DNA from: Tubulanus polymorphus
Taxonomy: Eukaryota; Animalia; Nemertea
Direction: 5' to 3'
Assembly (NCBI RefSeq): GCF_964204645.1
Contig: NC_134030.1
Span: 11,429,947-11,493,946 of the forward strand
Length of the DNA stretch: 64,000 bases
Part shown: positions 24,401 through 39,400 of the stretch, in pieces
Position numbering within the stretch: position 1 is the stretch's first letter
Layout of the letters: each line of letters begins with the position of its first letter
Notes under the pieces: generated by a model
The model's input: the letters and a program-made list of their open reading frames with translations, nothing else
Told to the model about the DNA's origin: nothing
Database searches by the model: none
Made by a program: the position numbers and the translations under genes

Positions 24401-27400
24401 TCAAGTTCGTGGAAATAGTTACTCATCATATATAAAATAAAGATTTACCCCATGATTTCAATCAAAATCAACCAATAGGATTCTAGAACTTTTGACATTG
24501 TTTTACTCTTTCTAATGAAAATCATTCATCAGGGTAATAAGTTGTTTTGAATTTAGTTATTTGTCTTTAAAACTAACTTAACTTAAATCATAGAATTTTC
24601 TTGTATGAAATCATTTTGTCCATAGACCTTGTGCAACTTTATGAAATTGCTTAATTTCTGAGGGCTTTACAATTAGGATTGTTATTGAATTTCGGAATTT
24701 ATTTCATTTTATTGCAATTGTTTTGTATAGATATGCTCTACTAAGGTATCTCTAACAATACAATTTGTATGGGTATGAGTTACCCTTAATCAAAACTTAT
24801 TTTTTATCCAAGGACCTGTGCAACTTTCGGGCGGGAATACAGTTTTCCTGAATAATCTACTAACTCGAACGGTTCAAACAATTCTCTTCATATTGAGTGG
24901 CCAGATTTTGATATTAGGCGTTGCATCTATTCATAGAAAAAGATATGTCTTATTTCGATATCTCAAAAGATGTATAAGAAAAATTTCTACATAGCCGTAT
25001 GAATCTTATGCGTTTTCTGGCTTCTATTTGATCTGTTCGAAACTTACCTACAGGTACGTAATAAATTTTAATTCAATTTGATATGATTTGAAGTAGAAGT
25101 ATTTCAAAATAGGTGGTCAAACATTTGTTCTGAGTGTAGTAAGTTACAATGTTTATATCAAGTTCGTGGAAACAGTCACTCGTCATATAAAAGCTAACAG
25201 TTACCCCATGATTTCAATCAAAATCAACCAATAGGATTCTAGAACTTTTGACATTGTTTTACTCTTTCTAACGAAAATCATTCATCGGGGTAATAAGTTG
25301 TTTTGAATTTAGTTATTTGTCTTTAAAACTAACTTCACTTAAATCATAGAATTTTTTTGTATGAAATCATTTTGTCCATAGACCTTGTGCAACTTTATGA
25401 AATTGCTTAATTTCTGAGGATTGTTATGAAAATATCGGAATTAATTTCATTTTATTGCAATTCTTTTGTATCAATATCCCCTACTAAGGTATCTCTAACA
25501 ATACAATTTGTATGGGTATGAGTTACCCTTAATCAAAACTTATTTTTTATCCAAGGACCTGTGCAACTTTCGGGCGGGAATACAGTTTTCCTGAATAATC
25601 TACTAACTCGAACGGTTCAAACAATTCTCTTCATATTGAGTGGCCAGATTTTGATATTAGGCGTTGCATCTATTCATAGAAAAAGATATGTCTTATTTCG
25701 ATATCTCAAAAGATGTATAAGAAAAATTTCTACATAGCCGTATGAATCTTATGCGTTTTCTGGCTTCTATTTGATCTGTTCGAAACTTACCTACAGGTAC
25801 GTAATAAATTTTAATTCAATTTGATATGATTTGAAGTAGAAGTATTTCAAAATAGGTGGTCAAACATTTGTTCGGAGTGTAGTAAGTTACAATGTTTATA
25901 TCAAGTTCGTGGAAACAGTCACTCGTCATATAAAAGCTAACAGTTACCCCATGATTTCAATCAAAATCAACCAATAGGATTCTAGAACTTTTGACATTGT
26001 TTTACTCTTTCTAACGAAAATCATTCATCGGGGTAATAAGTTGTTTTGAATTTAGTTATTTGTCTTTAAAACTAACTTCACTTAAATCATAGAATTTTTT
26101 TGTATGAAATCATTTTGTCCATAGACCTTGTGCAACTTTATGAAATTGCTTAATTTCTGAGGATTGTTATGAAAATATCGGAATTTATTTCATTTTATTG
26201 CAATTCTTTTGTATCAATATCCTCTTCTAAGGTATCTCTAAAAATACAATTTGTATGGGTATGAGTTGTTACCCTTAATCAAAACTTATTTTTTATCCAA
26301 GGACCTGTGCAACTTTCGGGCGGGAATACAGTTTTCCTGAATAATCTACTAACTCGAACGGTTCAAACAATTCTCTTCATATTGAGTGGCCAGATTTTGA
26401 TATTAGGTGTTGCATCTATTCATAGAAAAAGATATGTCTTATTTCGATATCTCAAAAGATGTATAAGAAAAATTTCTACATAACCGTATGAATCTTATGC
26501 GTTTTCTGGCTTCTATTTGATCTGTTCGAAACTTACCGACAGGTACGTAAAAAATTTTAATTCAATTTGATATAATTTGAAGTAGAAGTATTCCCAGATA
26601 GGTGGTCAAACATTTGTTCTGAGTATAGTCTGTTGCAATGCTTATATCAAGTTCGTGGAAACAGTCACTCGTCATATAAAAGATAAAATTTACCCCATGA
26701 TTTCAATCAAAATCAACCAATAGGATTCTAGAACTTTTGACATTGTTTTACTCTTTCTAACGAAAATCATTCATCAGGGTAATAAGTGGTTTTGAATTTA
26801 GTTATTTGTCTTTAAAACTAACTTCACTAAAATCATAGAATTTTCTCGTATGAAATCATTTTGTCCATAGACCTTGTGCAACTTTATGAAATTGCTTAAT
26901 TTCTGAGGATTGCTATGAAAATATCGGAATTAATTTCATTTTATTGCAATTCTTTTGTATCAATATCCCCTACTAAGGTATCTCTAACAATACAATTTGT
27001 ATGGGTATGAGTTACCCTTAATCAAAACTTATTTTTTATCCAAGGACCTGTGCAACTTTCGGGCGGGAATACAGTTTTCCTGAATAATCTACTAACTCGA
27101 ACGGTTCAAACAATTCTCTTCATATTGAGTGGCCAGATTTTGATATTAGGCGTTGCATCTATTCATAGAAAAAGATATGTCTTATTTCGATATCTCAAAA
27201 GATGTATAAGAAAAATTTCTACATAACCGTATGAATCTTATGCGTTTTCTGGCTTCTATTTGATCTGTTCGAAACTTACCTACAGGTACGTAATAAATTT
27301 TAATTCAATTTGATATGATTTGAAGTAGAAGTATTTCAAAATAGGTGGTCAAACATTTGTTCTGAGTGTAGTAAGTTACAATGTTTATATCAAGTTCGTG

Positions 27401-30400
27401 GAAACAGTCACTCGTCATATAAAAGCTAACAGTTACCCCATGATTTCAATCAAAATCAACAAATAGGATTCTAGAACTTTTGACATTGTTTTACTCTTTC
27501 TAACGAAAATCATTCATCGGGGTAATAAGTTGTTTTGAATTTAGTTATTTGTCTTTAAAACTAACTTCACTTAAATCATAGAATTTTTTTGTATGAAATC
27601 ATTTTGTCCATAGACCTTGTGCAACTTTATGAAATTGCTTAATTTCTGAGGATTGTTATGAAAATATCGGAATTTATTTCATTTTATTGCAATTCTTTTG
27701 TATCAATATCCTCTTCTAAGGTATCTCTAAAAATACAATTTGTATGGGTATGAGTTACCCTTAATCAAAACTTATTTTTTATCCAAGGACCTGTGCAACT
27801 TTCGGGCGGGAATACAGTTTTCCTGAATAATCTACTAACTCGAACGGTTCAAACAATTCTCTTCATATTGAGTGGCCAGATTTTGATATTAGGCGTTGCA
27901 TCTATTCATAGAAAAAGATATGTCTTATTTCGATATCTCAAAAGATGTATAAGAAAAATTTCTACATAACCGTATGAATCTTATGCGTTTTCTGGCTTCT
28001 ATTTGATCTGTTCGAAACTTATGACAGGTACGTAAAAAATTTTAATTCAATTTGATATAATTTGAAGTAGAAGTATTCCCAGATAGGTGGTCAAACATTT
28101 GTTCTGAGTATAGTCAGTTGCAATGCTTATATCAAGTTCGTGGAAACAGTCACTCGTCATATAAAAGATAAAAATTACCCCATGATTTCAATCAAAATCA
28201 ACCAATAGGATTCTAGAACTTTTGACATTGTTTTACTCTTTCTAATGAAAATCATTCATCAGGGTAATAAGTGGTTTTGAATTTAGTTATTTGTCTTTAA
28301 AACTAACTTCACTAAAATCATAGAATTTTCTCGTATGAAATCAATTTGTCCATAGACCTTGTGCAACTTTATGAAATTGCTTAATTTCTGAGGATTGCTA
28401 TGAAAATATCGGAATTAATTTCATTTTATTGCAATTCTTTTGTATCAATATCCCCTACTAAGGTATCTCTAACAATACAATTTGTATGGGTATGAGTTAC
28501 CCTTAATCAAAACTTAGTTTTTATTCAAGGACCTGTGCAACTTTGGGAAGGGAATACAGTTTTCCTGAATAATATTCAAACTCGAACATTTCAAATTATT
28601 CTCTTCATATTGAGTGGACAGATTTTGATGTTAGGTGTTGCATCTATTCATAGAAAAAGATATGTCTTATTTCGATGTCTTAAAAGATGTATAAGAAAAA
28701 TTTCTACATAACCGTATGAATCTTATGCGTTTACTGGCTTCTATTTGATCTGTTCGAAACTTACCTACAGGTACGTAAAAAATTTTAATTCAATTTGATA
28801 TAATTTGAAGTAGAAGTATTCCCAGATAGGTGGTCAAACATTTGTTCTGAGTATAGTCAGTTGCAATGCTTATATCAAGTTCGTGGAAATAGTTACTCAT
28901 CATATATAAAATAAAGATTTACCCCATGATTTCAATCAAAATCAACCAATAGGATTCTAGAACTTTTGACATTGTTTTACTCTTTCTAATGAAAATCATT
29001 CATCAGGGTAATAAGTTGTTTTGAATTTAGTTATTTGTCTTTAAAACTAACTTAACTTAAATCATAGAATTTTCTTGTATGAAATCATTTTGTCCATAGA
29101 CCTTGTGCAACTTTATGAAATTGCTTAATTTCTGAGGGCTTTACAATTAGGATTGTTATTGAATTTCGGAATTTATTTCATTTTATTGCAATTGTTTTGT
29201 ATAGATATGCTCTACTAAGGTATCTCTAACAATACAATTTGTATGGGTATGAGTTACCCTTAATCAAAACTTATTTTTTATCCAAGGACCTGTGCAACTT
29301 TCGGGCGGGAATACAGTTTTCCTGAATAATCTACTAACTCGAACGGTTCAAACAATTCTCTTCATATTGAGTGGCCAGATTTTGATATTAGGCGTTGCAT
29401 CTATTCATAGAAAAAGATATGTCTTATTTCGATATCTCAAAAGATGTATAAGAAAAATTTCTACATAACCGTATGAATCTTATGCGTTTTCTGGCTTCTA
29501 TTTGATCTGTTCGAAACTTACCTACAGGTACGTAATAAATTTTAATTCAATTAGATATGATTTGAAGTAGAAGTATTTCAAAATAAGTGGTGAAACATTT
29601 GTTCTGAGTGTAGTAAGTTACAATGTTTATATCAAGTTCGTGGAAACAGTCACTCGTCATATAAAAGCTAACAGTTACCCCATGATTTCAATCAAAATCA
29701 ACCAATAGGATTCTAGAACTTTTGACATTGTTTTACTCTTTCTAACGAAAATCATTCATCGGGGTAATAAGTTGTTTTGAATTTAGTTATTTGTCTTTAA
29801 AACTAACTTCACTTAAATCATACAATTTTTTTGTATGAAATCATTTTGTCCATAGACCTTGTGCAACTTTATGAAATTGCTTAATTTCTGAGGATTGTTA
29901 TGAAAATATCGGAATTTATTTCATTTTATTGCAATTCTTTTGTATCAATATCCTCTTCTAAGGTATCTCTAAAAATACAATTTGTATGGGTATGAGTTAC
30001 CCTTAATCAAAACTTATTTTTTATCCAAGGACCTGTGCAACTTTCGGGCGGGAATACAGTTTTCCTGAATAATCTACTAACTCGAACGGTTCAAACAATT
30101 CTCTTCATATTGAGTGGCCAGATTTTGATATTAGGCGTTGCATCTATTCATAGAAAAAGATATGTCTTATTTCGATATCTCAAAAGATGTATAGGAAAAA
30201 TTTCTACATAGCCGTATGAATCTTATGCGTTTTCTGGCTTCTATTTGATCTGTTCGAAACTTACCTACAGGTACGTAATAAATTTTAATTCAATTTGATA
30301 TGATTTGAAGTAGAAGTATTTCAAAATAGGTGGTCAAACATTTGTTCTGAGTGTAGTAAGTTACAATGTTTATATCAAGTTCGTGGAAACAGTCACTCGT

Positions 30401-33400
30401 CATATAAAAGCTAACAGTTACCCCATGATTTCAATCAAAATCAACCAATAGGATTCTAGAACTTTTGACATTGTTTTACTCTTTCTAACGAAAATCATTC
30501 ATCGGGGTAATAAGTTGTTTTGAATTTAGTTATTTGTCTTTAAAACTAACTTCACTTAAATCATAGAATTTTTTTGTATGAAATCATTTTGTCCATAGAC
30601 CTTGTGCAACTTTATGAAATTGCTTAATTTCTGAGGATTGTTATGAAAATATCGTAATTTATTTCATTTTATTGCAATTCTTTTGTATCGATATCCCCTA
30701 CTAAGGTATCTCTAACAATACAATTTGTATGGGTATGAGTTACCCTTAATCAAAACTTATTTTTTATCCAAGGACCTGTGCAACTTTCGGGCGGGAATAC
30801 AGTTTTCCTGAATAATCTACTAACTCGAACGGTTCAAACAATTCTCTTCATATTGAGTGGCCAGATTTTGATATTAGGCGTTGCATCTATTCATAGAAAA
30901 AGATATGTCTTATTTCGATATCTCAAAAGATGTATAAGAAAAATTTCTACATAGCCGTATGAATCTTATGCGTTTTCTGGCTTCTATTTGATCTGTTCGA
31001 AACTTACCTACAGGTACGTAATAAATTTTAATTCAATTTGATATGATTTGAAGTAGAAGTATTTCAAAATAGGTGGTCAAACATTTGTTCTGAGTGTAGT
31101 AAGTTACAATGTTTATATCAAGTTCGTGGAAACAGTCACTCGTCATATAAAAGCTAACAGTTACCCCATGATTTCAATCAAAATCAACCAATAGGATTCT
31201 AGAACTTTTGACATTGTTTTACTCTTTCTAACGAAAATCATTCATCGGGGTAATAAGTTGTTTTGAATTTAGTTATTTGTCTTTAAAACTAACTTCACTT
31301 AAATCATAGAATTTTTTTGTATGAAATCATTTTGTCCATAGACCTTGTGCAACTTTATGAAATTGCTTAATTTCTGAGGATTGTTATGAAAATATCGTAA
31401 TTTATTTCATTTTATTGCAATTCTTTTGTATCAATATCCCCTACTAAGGTATCTCTAACAATACAATTTGTATGGGTATGAGTTACCCTTAATCAAAACT
31501 TATTTTTTATCCAAGGACCTGTGCAACTTTCGGGCGGGAATACAGTTTTCCTGAATAATCTACTAACTCGAACGGTTCAAACAATTCTCTTCATATTGAG
31601 TGGCCAGATTTTGATATTAGGCGTTGCATCTATTCATAGAAAAAGATATGTCTTATTTCGATATCTCAAAAGATGTATAAGAAAAATTTCTACATAGCCG
31701 TATGAATCTTATGCGTTTTCTGGCTTCTATTTGATCTGTTCGAAACTTACCTACAGGTACGTAATAAATTTTAATTCAATTTGATATGATTTGAAGTAGA
31801 AGTATTTCAAAATAGGTGGTCAAACATTTGTTCTGAGTGTAGTAAGTTACAATGTTTATATCAAGTTCGTGGAAACAGTCACTCGTCATATAAAAGCTAA
31901 CAGTTACCCCATGATTTCAATCAAAATCAACCAATAGGATTCTAGAACTTTTGACATTGTTTTACTCTTTCTAACGAAAATCATTCATCGGGGTAATAAG
32001 TTGTTTTGAATTTAGTTATTTGTCTTTAAAACTAACTTCACTTAAATCATAGAATTTTTTTGTATGAAATCATTTTGTCCATAGACCTTGTGCAACTTTA
32101 TGAAATTGCTTAATTTCTGAGGATTGTTATGAAAATATCGTAATTTATTTCATTTTATTGCAATTCTTTTGTATCAATATCCCCTACTAAGGTATCTCTA
32201 ACAATACAATTTGTATGGGTATGAGTTACCCTTAATCAAAACTTATTTTTTATCCAAGGACCTGTGCAACTTTCGGGCGGGAATACAGTTTTCCTGAATA
32301 ATCTACTAACTCGAACGGTTCAAACAATTCTCTTCATATTGAGTGGCCAGATTTTGATATTAGGCGTTGCATCTATTCATAGAAAAAGATATGTCTTATT
32401 TCGATATCTCAAAAGATGTATAAGAAAAATTTCTACATAGCCGTATGAATCTTATGCGTTTTCTGGCTTCTATTTGATCTGTTCGAAACTTACCTACAGG
32501 TACGTAATAAATTTTAATTCAATTTGATATGATTTGAAGTAGAAGTATTTCAAAATAGGTGGTCAAACATTTGTTCTGAGTGTAGTAAGTTACAATGTTT
32601 ATATCAAGTTCGTGGAAACAGTCACTCGTCATATAAAAGCTAACAGTTACCCCATGATTTCAATCAAAATCAACCAATAGGATTCTAGAACTTTTGACAT
32701 TGTTTTACTCTTTCTAACGAAAATCATTCATCGGGGTAATAAGTTGTTTTGAATTTAGTTATTTGTCTTTAAAACTAACTTCACTTAAATCATAGAATTT
32801 TTTTGTATGAAATCATTTTGTCCATAGACCTTGTGCAACTTTATGAAATTGCTTAATTTCTGAGGATTGTTATGAAAATATCGGAATTTATTTCATTTTA
32901 TTGCAATTCTTTTGTATCAATATCCTCTTCTAAGGTATCTCTAAAAATACAATTTGTATGGGTATGAGTTGTTACCCTTAATCAAAACTTATTTTTTATC
33001 CAAGGACCTGTGCAACTTTCGGGCGGGAATACAGTTTTCCTGAATAATCTACTAACTCGAACGGTTCAAACAATTCTCTTCATATTGAGTGGCCGGATTT
33101 TGATATTAGGTGTTGCATCTATTCATAGAAAAAGATATGTCTTATTTCGATATCTCAAAAGATGTATAAGAAAAATTGCTACATAACCGTATGAATCTTA
33201 TGCGTTTTCTGGCTTCTATTTGATCTGTTCGAAACTTACCGACAGGTACGTAAAAAATTTTAATTCAATTTGATATAATTTGAAGTAGAAGTATTCCCAG
33301 ATAGGTGGTCAAACATTTGTTCTGAGTATAGTCTGTTGCAATGCTTATATCAAGTTCGTGGAAACAGTCACTCGTCATATAAAAGATAAAATTTACCCCA

Positions 33401-36400
33401 TGATTTCAATCAAAATCAACCAATAGGATTCTAGAACTTTTGACATTGTTTTACTCTTTCTAACGAAAATCATTCATCAGGGTAATAAGTGGTTTTGAAT
33501 TTAGTTATTTGTCTTTAAAACTAACTTCACTAAAATCATAGAATTTTCTTGTATGAAATCATTTTGTCCATAGACCTTGTGCAACTTTATGAAATTGCTT
33601 AATTTCTGAGGATTGCTATGAAAATATCGGAATTAATTTCATTTTATTGCAATTCTTTTGTATCAATATCCCCTACTAAGGTATCTCTAACAATACAATT
33701 TGTATGGGTATGAGTTACCCTTAATCAAAACTTATTTATTATCCAAGGACCTGTGCAACTTTCGGGCGGGAATACAGTTTTCCTGAATAATCTACTAACT
33801 CGAACGGTTCAAACAATTCTCTTCATATTGAGTGGCCAGATTTTGATATTAGGCGTTGCATCTATTCATAGAAAAAGATATGTCTTATTTCGATATCTCA
33901 AAAGATGTATAAGAAAAATTTCTACATAACCGTATGAATCTTATGCGTTTTCTGGCTTCTATTTGATCTGTTCGAAACTTACCTACAGGTACGTAATAAA
34001 TTTTAATTCAATTTGATATGATTTGAAGTAGAAGTATTTCAAAATAGGTGGTCAAACATTTGTTCTGAGTGTAGTAAGTTACAATGTTTATATCAAGTTC
34101 GTGGAAACAGTCACTCGTCATATAAAAGCTAACAGTTACCCCATGATTTCAATCAAAATCAACAAATAGGATTCTAGAACTTTTGACATTGTTTTACTCT
34201 TTCTAACGAAAATCATTCATCGGGGTAATAAGTTGTTTTGAATTTAGTTATTTGTCTTTAAAACTAACTTCACTTAAATCATAGAATTTTTTTGTATGAA
34301 ATCATTTTGTCCATAGACCTTGTGCAACTTTATGAAATTGCTTAATTTCTGAGGATTGTTATGAAAATATCGGAATTTATTTCATTTTATTGCAATTCTT
34401 TTGTATCAATATCCTCTTCTAAGGTATCTCTAAAAATACAATTTGTATGGGTATGAGTTACCCTTAATCAAAACTTATTTTTTATCCAAGGACCTGTGCA
34501 ACTTTCGGGCGGGAATACAGTTTTCCTGAATAATCTACTAACTCGAACGGTTCAAACAATTCTCTTCATATTGAGTGGCCAGATTTTGATATTAGGTGTT
34601 GCATCTATTCATAGAAAAAGATATGTCTTATTTCGATATCTCAAAAGATGTATAAGAAAAATTTCTACATAACCGTATGAATCTTATGCGTTTTCTGGCT
34701 TCTATTTGATCTGTTCGAAACTTACCGACAGGTACGTAATAAATTTTAATTCAATTTGATGTAATTTGAAGTAGAAGTATTCCCAGATAGGTGGTCAAAC
34801 ATTTGTTCTGAGTATAGTCAGTTGCAATGCTTATATCAAGTTCGTGGAAACAGTCACTCGTCATATAAAAGATAAAAATTACCCCATGATTTCAATCAAA
34901 ATCAACCAATAGGATTCTAGAACTTTTGACATTGTTTTACTCTTTCTAATGAAAATCATTCATCAGGGTAATAAGTGGTTTTGAATTTAGTTATTTGTCT
35001 TTAAAACTAACTTCACTAAAATCATAGAATTTTCTCGTATGAAATCAATTTGTCCATAGACCTTGTGCAACTTTATGAAATTGCTTAATTTCTGAGGATT
35101 GCTATGAAAATATCGGAATTAATTTCATTTTATTGCAATTCTTTTGTATCAATATCCCCTACTAAGGTATCTCTAACAATACAATTTGTATGGGTATGAG
35201 TTACCCTTAATCAAAACTTAGTTTTTATTCAAGGACCTGTGCAACTTTGGGAAGGGAATACAGTTTTCCTGAATAATATTCAAACTCGAACATTTCAAAT
35301 TATTCTCTTCATATTGAGTGGACAGATTTTGATATTAGGTGTTGCATCTATTCATAGAAAAAGATATGTCTTATTTCGATGTCTTAAAAGATGTATAAGA
35401 AAAATTTCTACATAACCGTATGAATCTTATGCGTTTACTGGCTTCTATTTGATCTGTTCGAAACTTACCTACAGGTACGTAAAAAATTTTAATTCAATTT
35501 GATATAATTTGAAGTAGAAGTATTCCCAGATAGGTGGTCAAACATTTGTTCTGAGTATAGTCAGTTGCAATGCTTATATCAAGTTCGTGGAAATAGTTAC
35601 TCATCATATATAAAATAAAGATTTACCCCATGATTTCAATCAAAATCAACCAATAGGATTCTAGAACTTTTGACATTGTTTTACTCTTTCTAATGAAAAT
35701 CAATCATCAGGGTAATAAGTTGTTTTGAATTTAGTTATTTGTCTTTAAAACTAACTTAACTTAAATCATAGAATTTTCTTGTATGAAATCATTTTGTCCA
35801 TAGACCTTGTGCAACTTTATGAAATTGCTTAATTTCTGAGGGCTTTACAATTAGGATTGTTATTGAATTTCGGAATTTATTTCATTTTATTGCAATTGTT
35901 TTGTATAGATATGCTCTACTAAGGTATCTCTAACAATACAATTTGTATGGGTATGAGTTACCCTTAATCAAAACTTATTTTTTATCCAAGGACCTGTGCA
36001 ACTTTCGGGCGGGAATACAGTTTTCCTGAATAATCTACTAACTCGAACGGTTCAAACAATTCTCTTCATATTGAGTGGCCAGATTTTGATATTAGGCGTT
36101 GCATCTATTCATAGAAAAAGATATGTCTTATTTCGATATCTCAAAAGATGTATAAGAAAAATTTCTACATAACCGTATGAATCTTATGCGTTTTCTGGCT
36201 TCTATTTGATCTGTTCGAAACTTACCTACAGGTACGTAATAAATTTTAATTCAATTAGATATGATTTGAAGTAGAAGTATTTCAAAATAAGTGGTGAAAC
36301 ATTTGTTCTGAGTGTAGTAAGTTACAATGTTTATATCAAGTTCGTGGAAACAGTCACTCGTCATATAAAAGCTAACAGTTACCCCATGATTTCAATCAAA

Positions 36401-39400
36401 ATCAACCAATAGGATTCTAGAACTTTTGACATTGTTTTACTCTTTCTAACGAAAATCATTCATCGGGGTAATAAGTTGTTTTGAATTTAGTTATTTGTCT
36501 TTAAAACTAACTTCACTTAAATCATAGAATTTTTTTGTATGAAATCATTTTGTCCATAGACCTTGTGCAACTTTATGAAATTGCTTAATTTCTGAGGATT
36601 GTTATGAAAATATCGGAATTTATTTCATTTTATTGCAATTCTTTTGTATCAATATCCTCTTCTAAGGTATCTCTAAAAATACAATTTGTATGGGTATGAG
36701 TTACCCTTAATCAAAACTTATTTTTTATCCAAGGACCTGTGCAACTTTCGGGCGGGAATACAGTTTTCCTGAATAATCTACAAACTCGAACGGTTCAAAC
36801 AATTCTCTTCATATTGAGTGGCCAGTTTTTGATATAAGGGTTTGCACCTATTCATAGAAAAAGATATGTCTTATTTCGTTGTCTTAAACGATGTATAAGA
36901 ATAATTTCTACATAACCGTATGAATTTGATGCGTGTTCTAGCTTCTATTTGATCTGTTCGAAACTTACCTACAGGTACGTAATAAATTTTAATTCAATTT
37001 GATATAATTTGAAGTAGAAGTATTCCCAGATAGGTGGTCAAACATTTGTTCTGAGTATAGTCTGTTGCAATGCTTATATCAAGTTCGTGGAAACAGTCAC
37101 TCGTCATATAAAAGATGATATTTACCCCATGATTTCAATCAAAATCAACCAATAGGATTCTAGAACTTTTGACATTGTTTTACTCTTTCTAACGAAAATG
37201 ATTCATCAGGGTAATAAGTTGTTTTGAATTTAGTTATTTGTCTTTAAAACTAACTTAACTAAAATCATAGAATTTTCTCGTATGAAATCAATTTGTCCAT
37301 AGACCTTGTGCAACTTTATGAAATTGCTTAATTTCTGAGGATTGTTATGAAAATATCGGAATTAATTTCATTTTATTGCAATTCTTTTGTATCAATATCC
37401 CCTACTAAGGTATCTCTAACAATACAATTTGTATGGGTATGAGTTACCCTTAATCAAAACTTATTTTTTATCCGAGGACCTGTGCAACTTTGGGAAGGGA
37501 ATACAGTTTTCCTGAATAATATTCAAACTCGAACAGTTCAAACAATTTTCTTCATATTGAGTGGCCAGATTTTGATATTAGGTGTTGCACCTATTCATAG
37601 AAAAAGATATGTCTTATTTCGATGTCTTAAAAGATTTATAAGAATAATTTCTACATAACCGTATGAATCTGATGCGTTTTCTGGCTTCTATTTGATCTGT
37701 TCGAAACTTACCTTCAGGTACGTAATACATTTTAATTCAATTTGATATCAGTTGAAGTAGAAGTATTTCCAAATAGGTGGTCAAACATTTGTTCTGAGTG
37801 TAGTCAGTTGCAATGTTTATATCAAGTTCGTGGAAACAAGTCACTCATCATATAAAAGATAAAAGTTACCCCATGATTCCATTCAAAATCAACCAATAGG
37901 ATTCTAGGACTTTTGACATTGTTTTACTGTTTCTAAAGAAAATGATTCATCAGGGTAATAAGTTTTTTTGAATTCAATTATTTGTCTTTAAAACTAACTT
38001 CACAAAAATCATAGAATTTTCCATCAATTCAATCAATTTGTCCATAGACCTTGTGCAACTTAATGAAATTGCTTAATTTCTGAGGATTGTTATGAAAATA
38101 TCGGAATTTATTTCATTTTATTGCAATTCTTTTGTATCAATATCCCCTACTAAGGTATCTCTAACAATACAATTTGTATGGGTATGAGTAACCCTTAATC
38201 AAAACTTAGTTTTTATCCGAGGACCTGTGCAACTTTGGAAGGGAATACAGTTTTCCTGAATAATATTCAAACTCGAACAGTTCAAACAATTCTCTTCATA
38301 TTGAGTGGCCAGATTTTGATATTAGGTGTTGCACCTATTCATAGAAAAAGATATGTCTTATTTCGATGTCTTAAAAGATTTATAAGAATAATTTCTACAT
38401 AACCGTATGATTGCTTATGCGTTTTCTGGCTTCTATTTGATCTGTTCGAAACTTACCTTCAGGTACGTAATACATTTTAATTCAATTTGATATCAGTTGA
38501 AGTAGAAGTATTTCCAAATAGGTGGTCAAACATTTGTTCTGAGTGTAGTCAGTTGCAATGTTTATATCAAGTTCGTGGAAACAAGTCACTCATCATATAA
38601 AAGATAAAAGTTACCCCATGATTCCATTCAAAATCAACCAATAGGATTCTAGGACTTTTGACATTGTTTTACTGTTTCTAAAGAAAATGATTCATCAGGG
38701 TAATAAGTTTTTTTGAATTCAATTATTTGTCTTTAAAACTAACTTCACAAAAATCATAGAATTTTCCATCAATTCAATCAATTTGTCCATAGACCTTGTG
38801 CAACATTATGAAATTGCTTAATTTCTGAGGATTGTTATGAAAATATCGGAATTTATTTCATTTTATTGCAATTCTTTTGTATCAATATCCCCTACTAAGG
38901 TATCTCTAACAATACAATTTGTATGGGTATGAGTTACCCTTAATCAAAACTTAGTTTTTATCCGAGGACCTGTGCAACTTTGGGAAGGGAATACAGTTTT
39001 CCTGAATAATATTCAAACTCTAAGGGTTCAAACAATTCTCTTCATATTGAGTGGCCAGATTTTGATATTAGGTGTTGCATCTATTCATAGAAAAAGATAT
39101 GTCTTATTTCGATGTCTTAAAAGATGTATAAGAAAAATTTCTACATAACCGTATGAATCTCATGTGTTTTCTGGCTTCTATTTGATCTGTTCGAAACTTA
39201 CCTACAGGTACGTAAAAAATTTTAATTCAATTTGATATAATTTGAAGTAGAAGTATTCCCAGATAGGTGGTGAAACATTTGTTCTGAGTATAGTCAGTTG
39301 CAATGCTTATATCAAGTTCGTGGAAACAGTCACTCGTCATAAAGATAAGATTTACCCCATGATTTCAATCAAAATCAACCAATAGGATTCTAGAGCTTTT

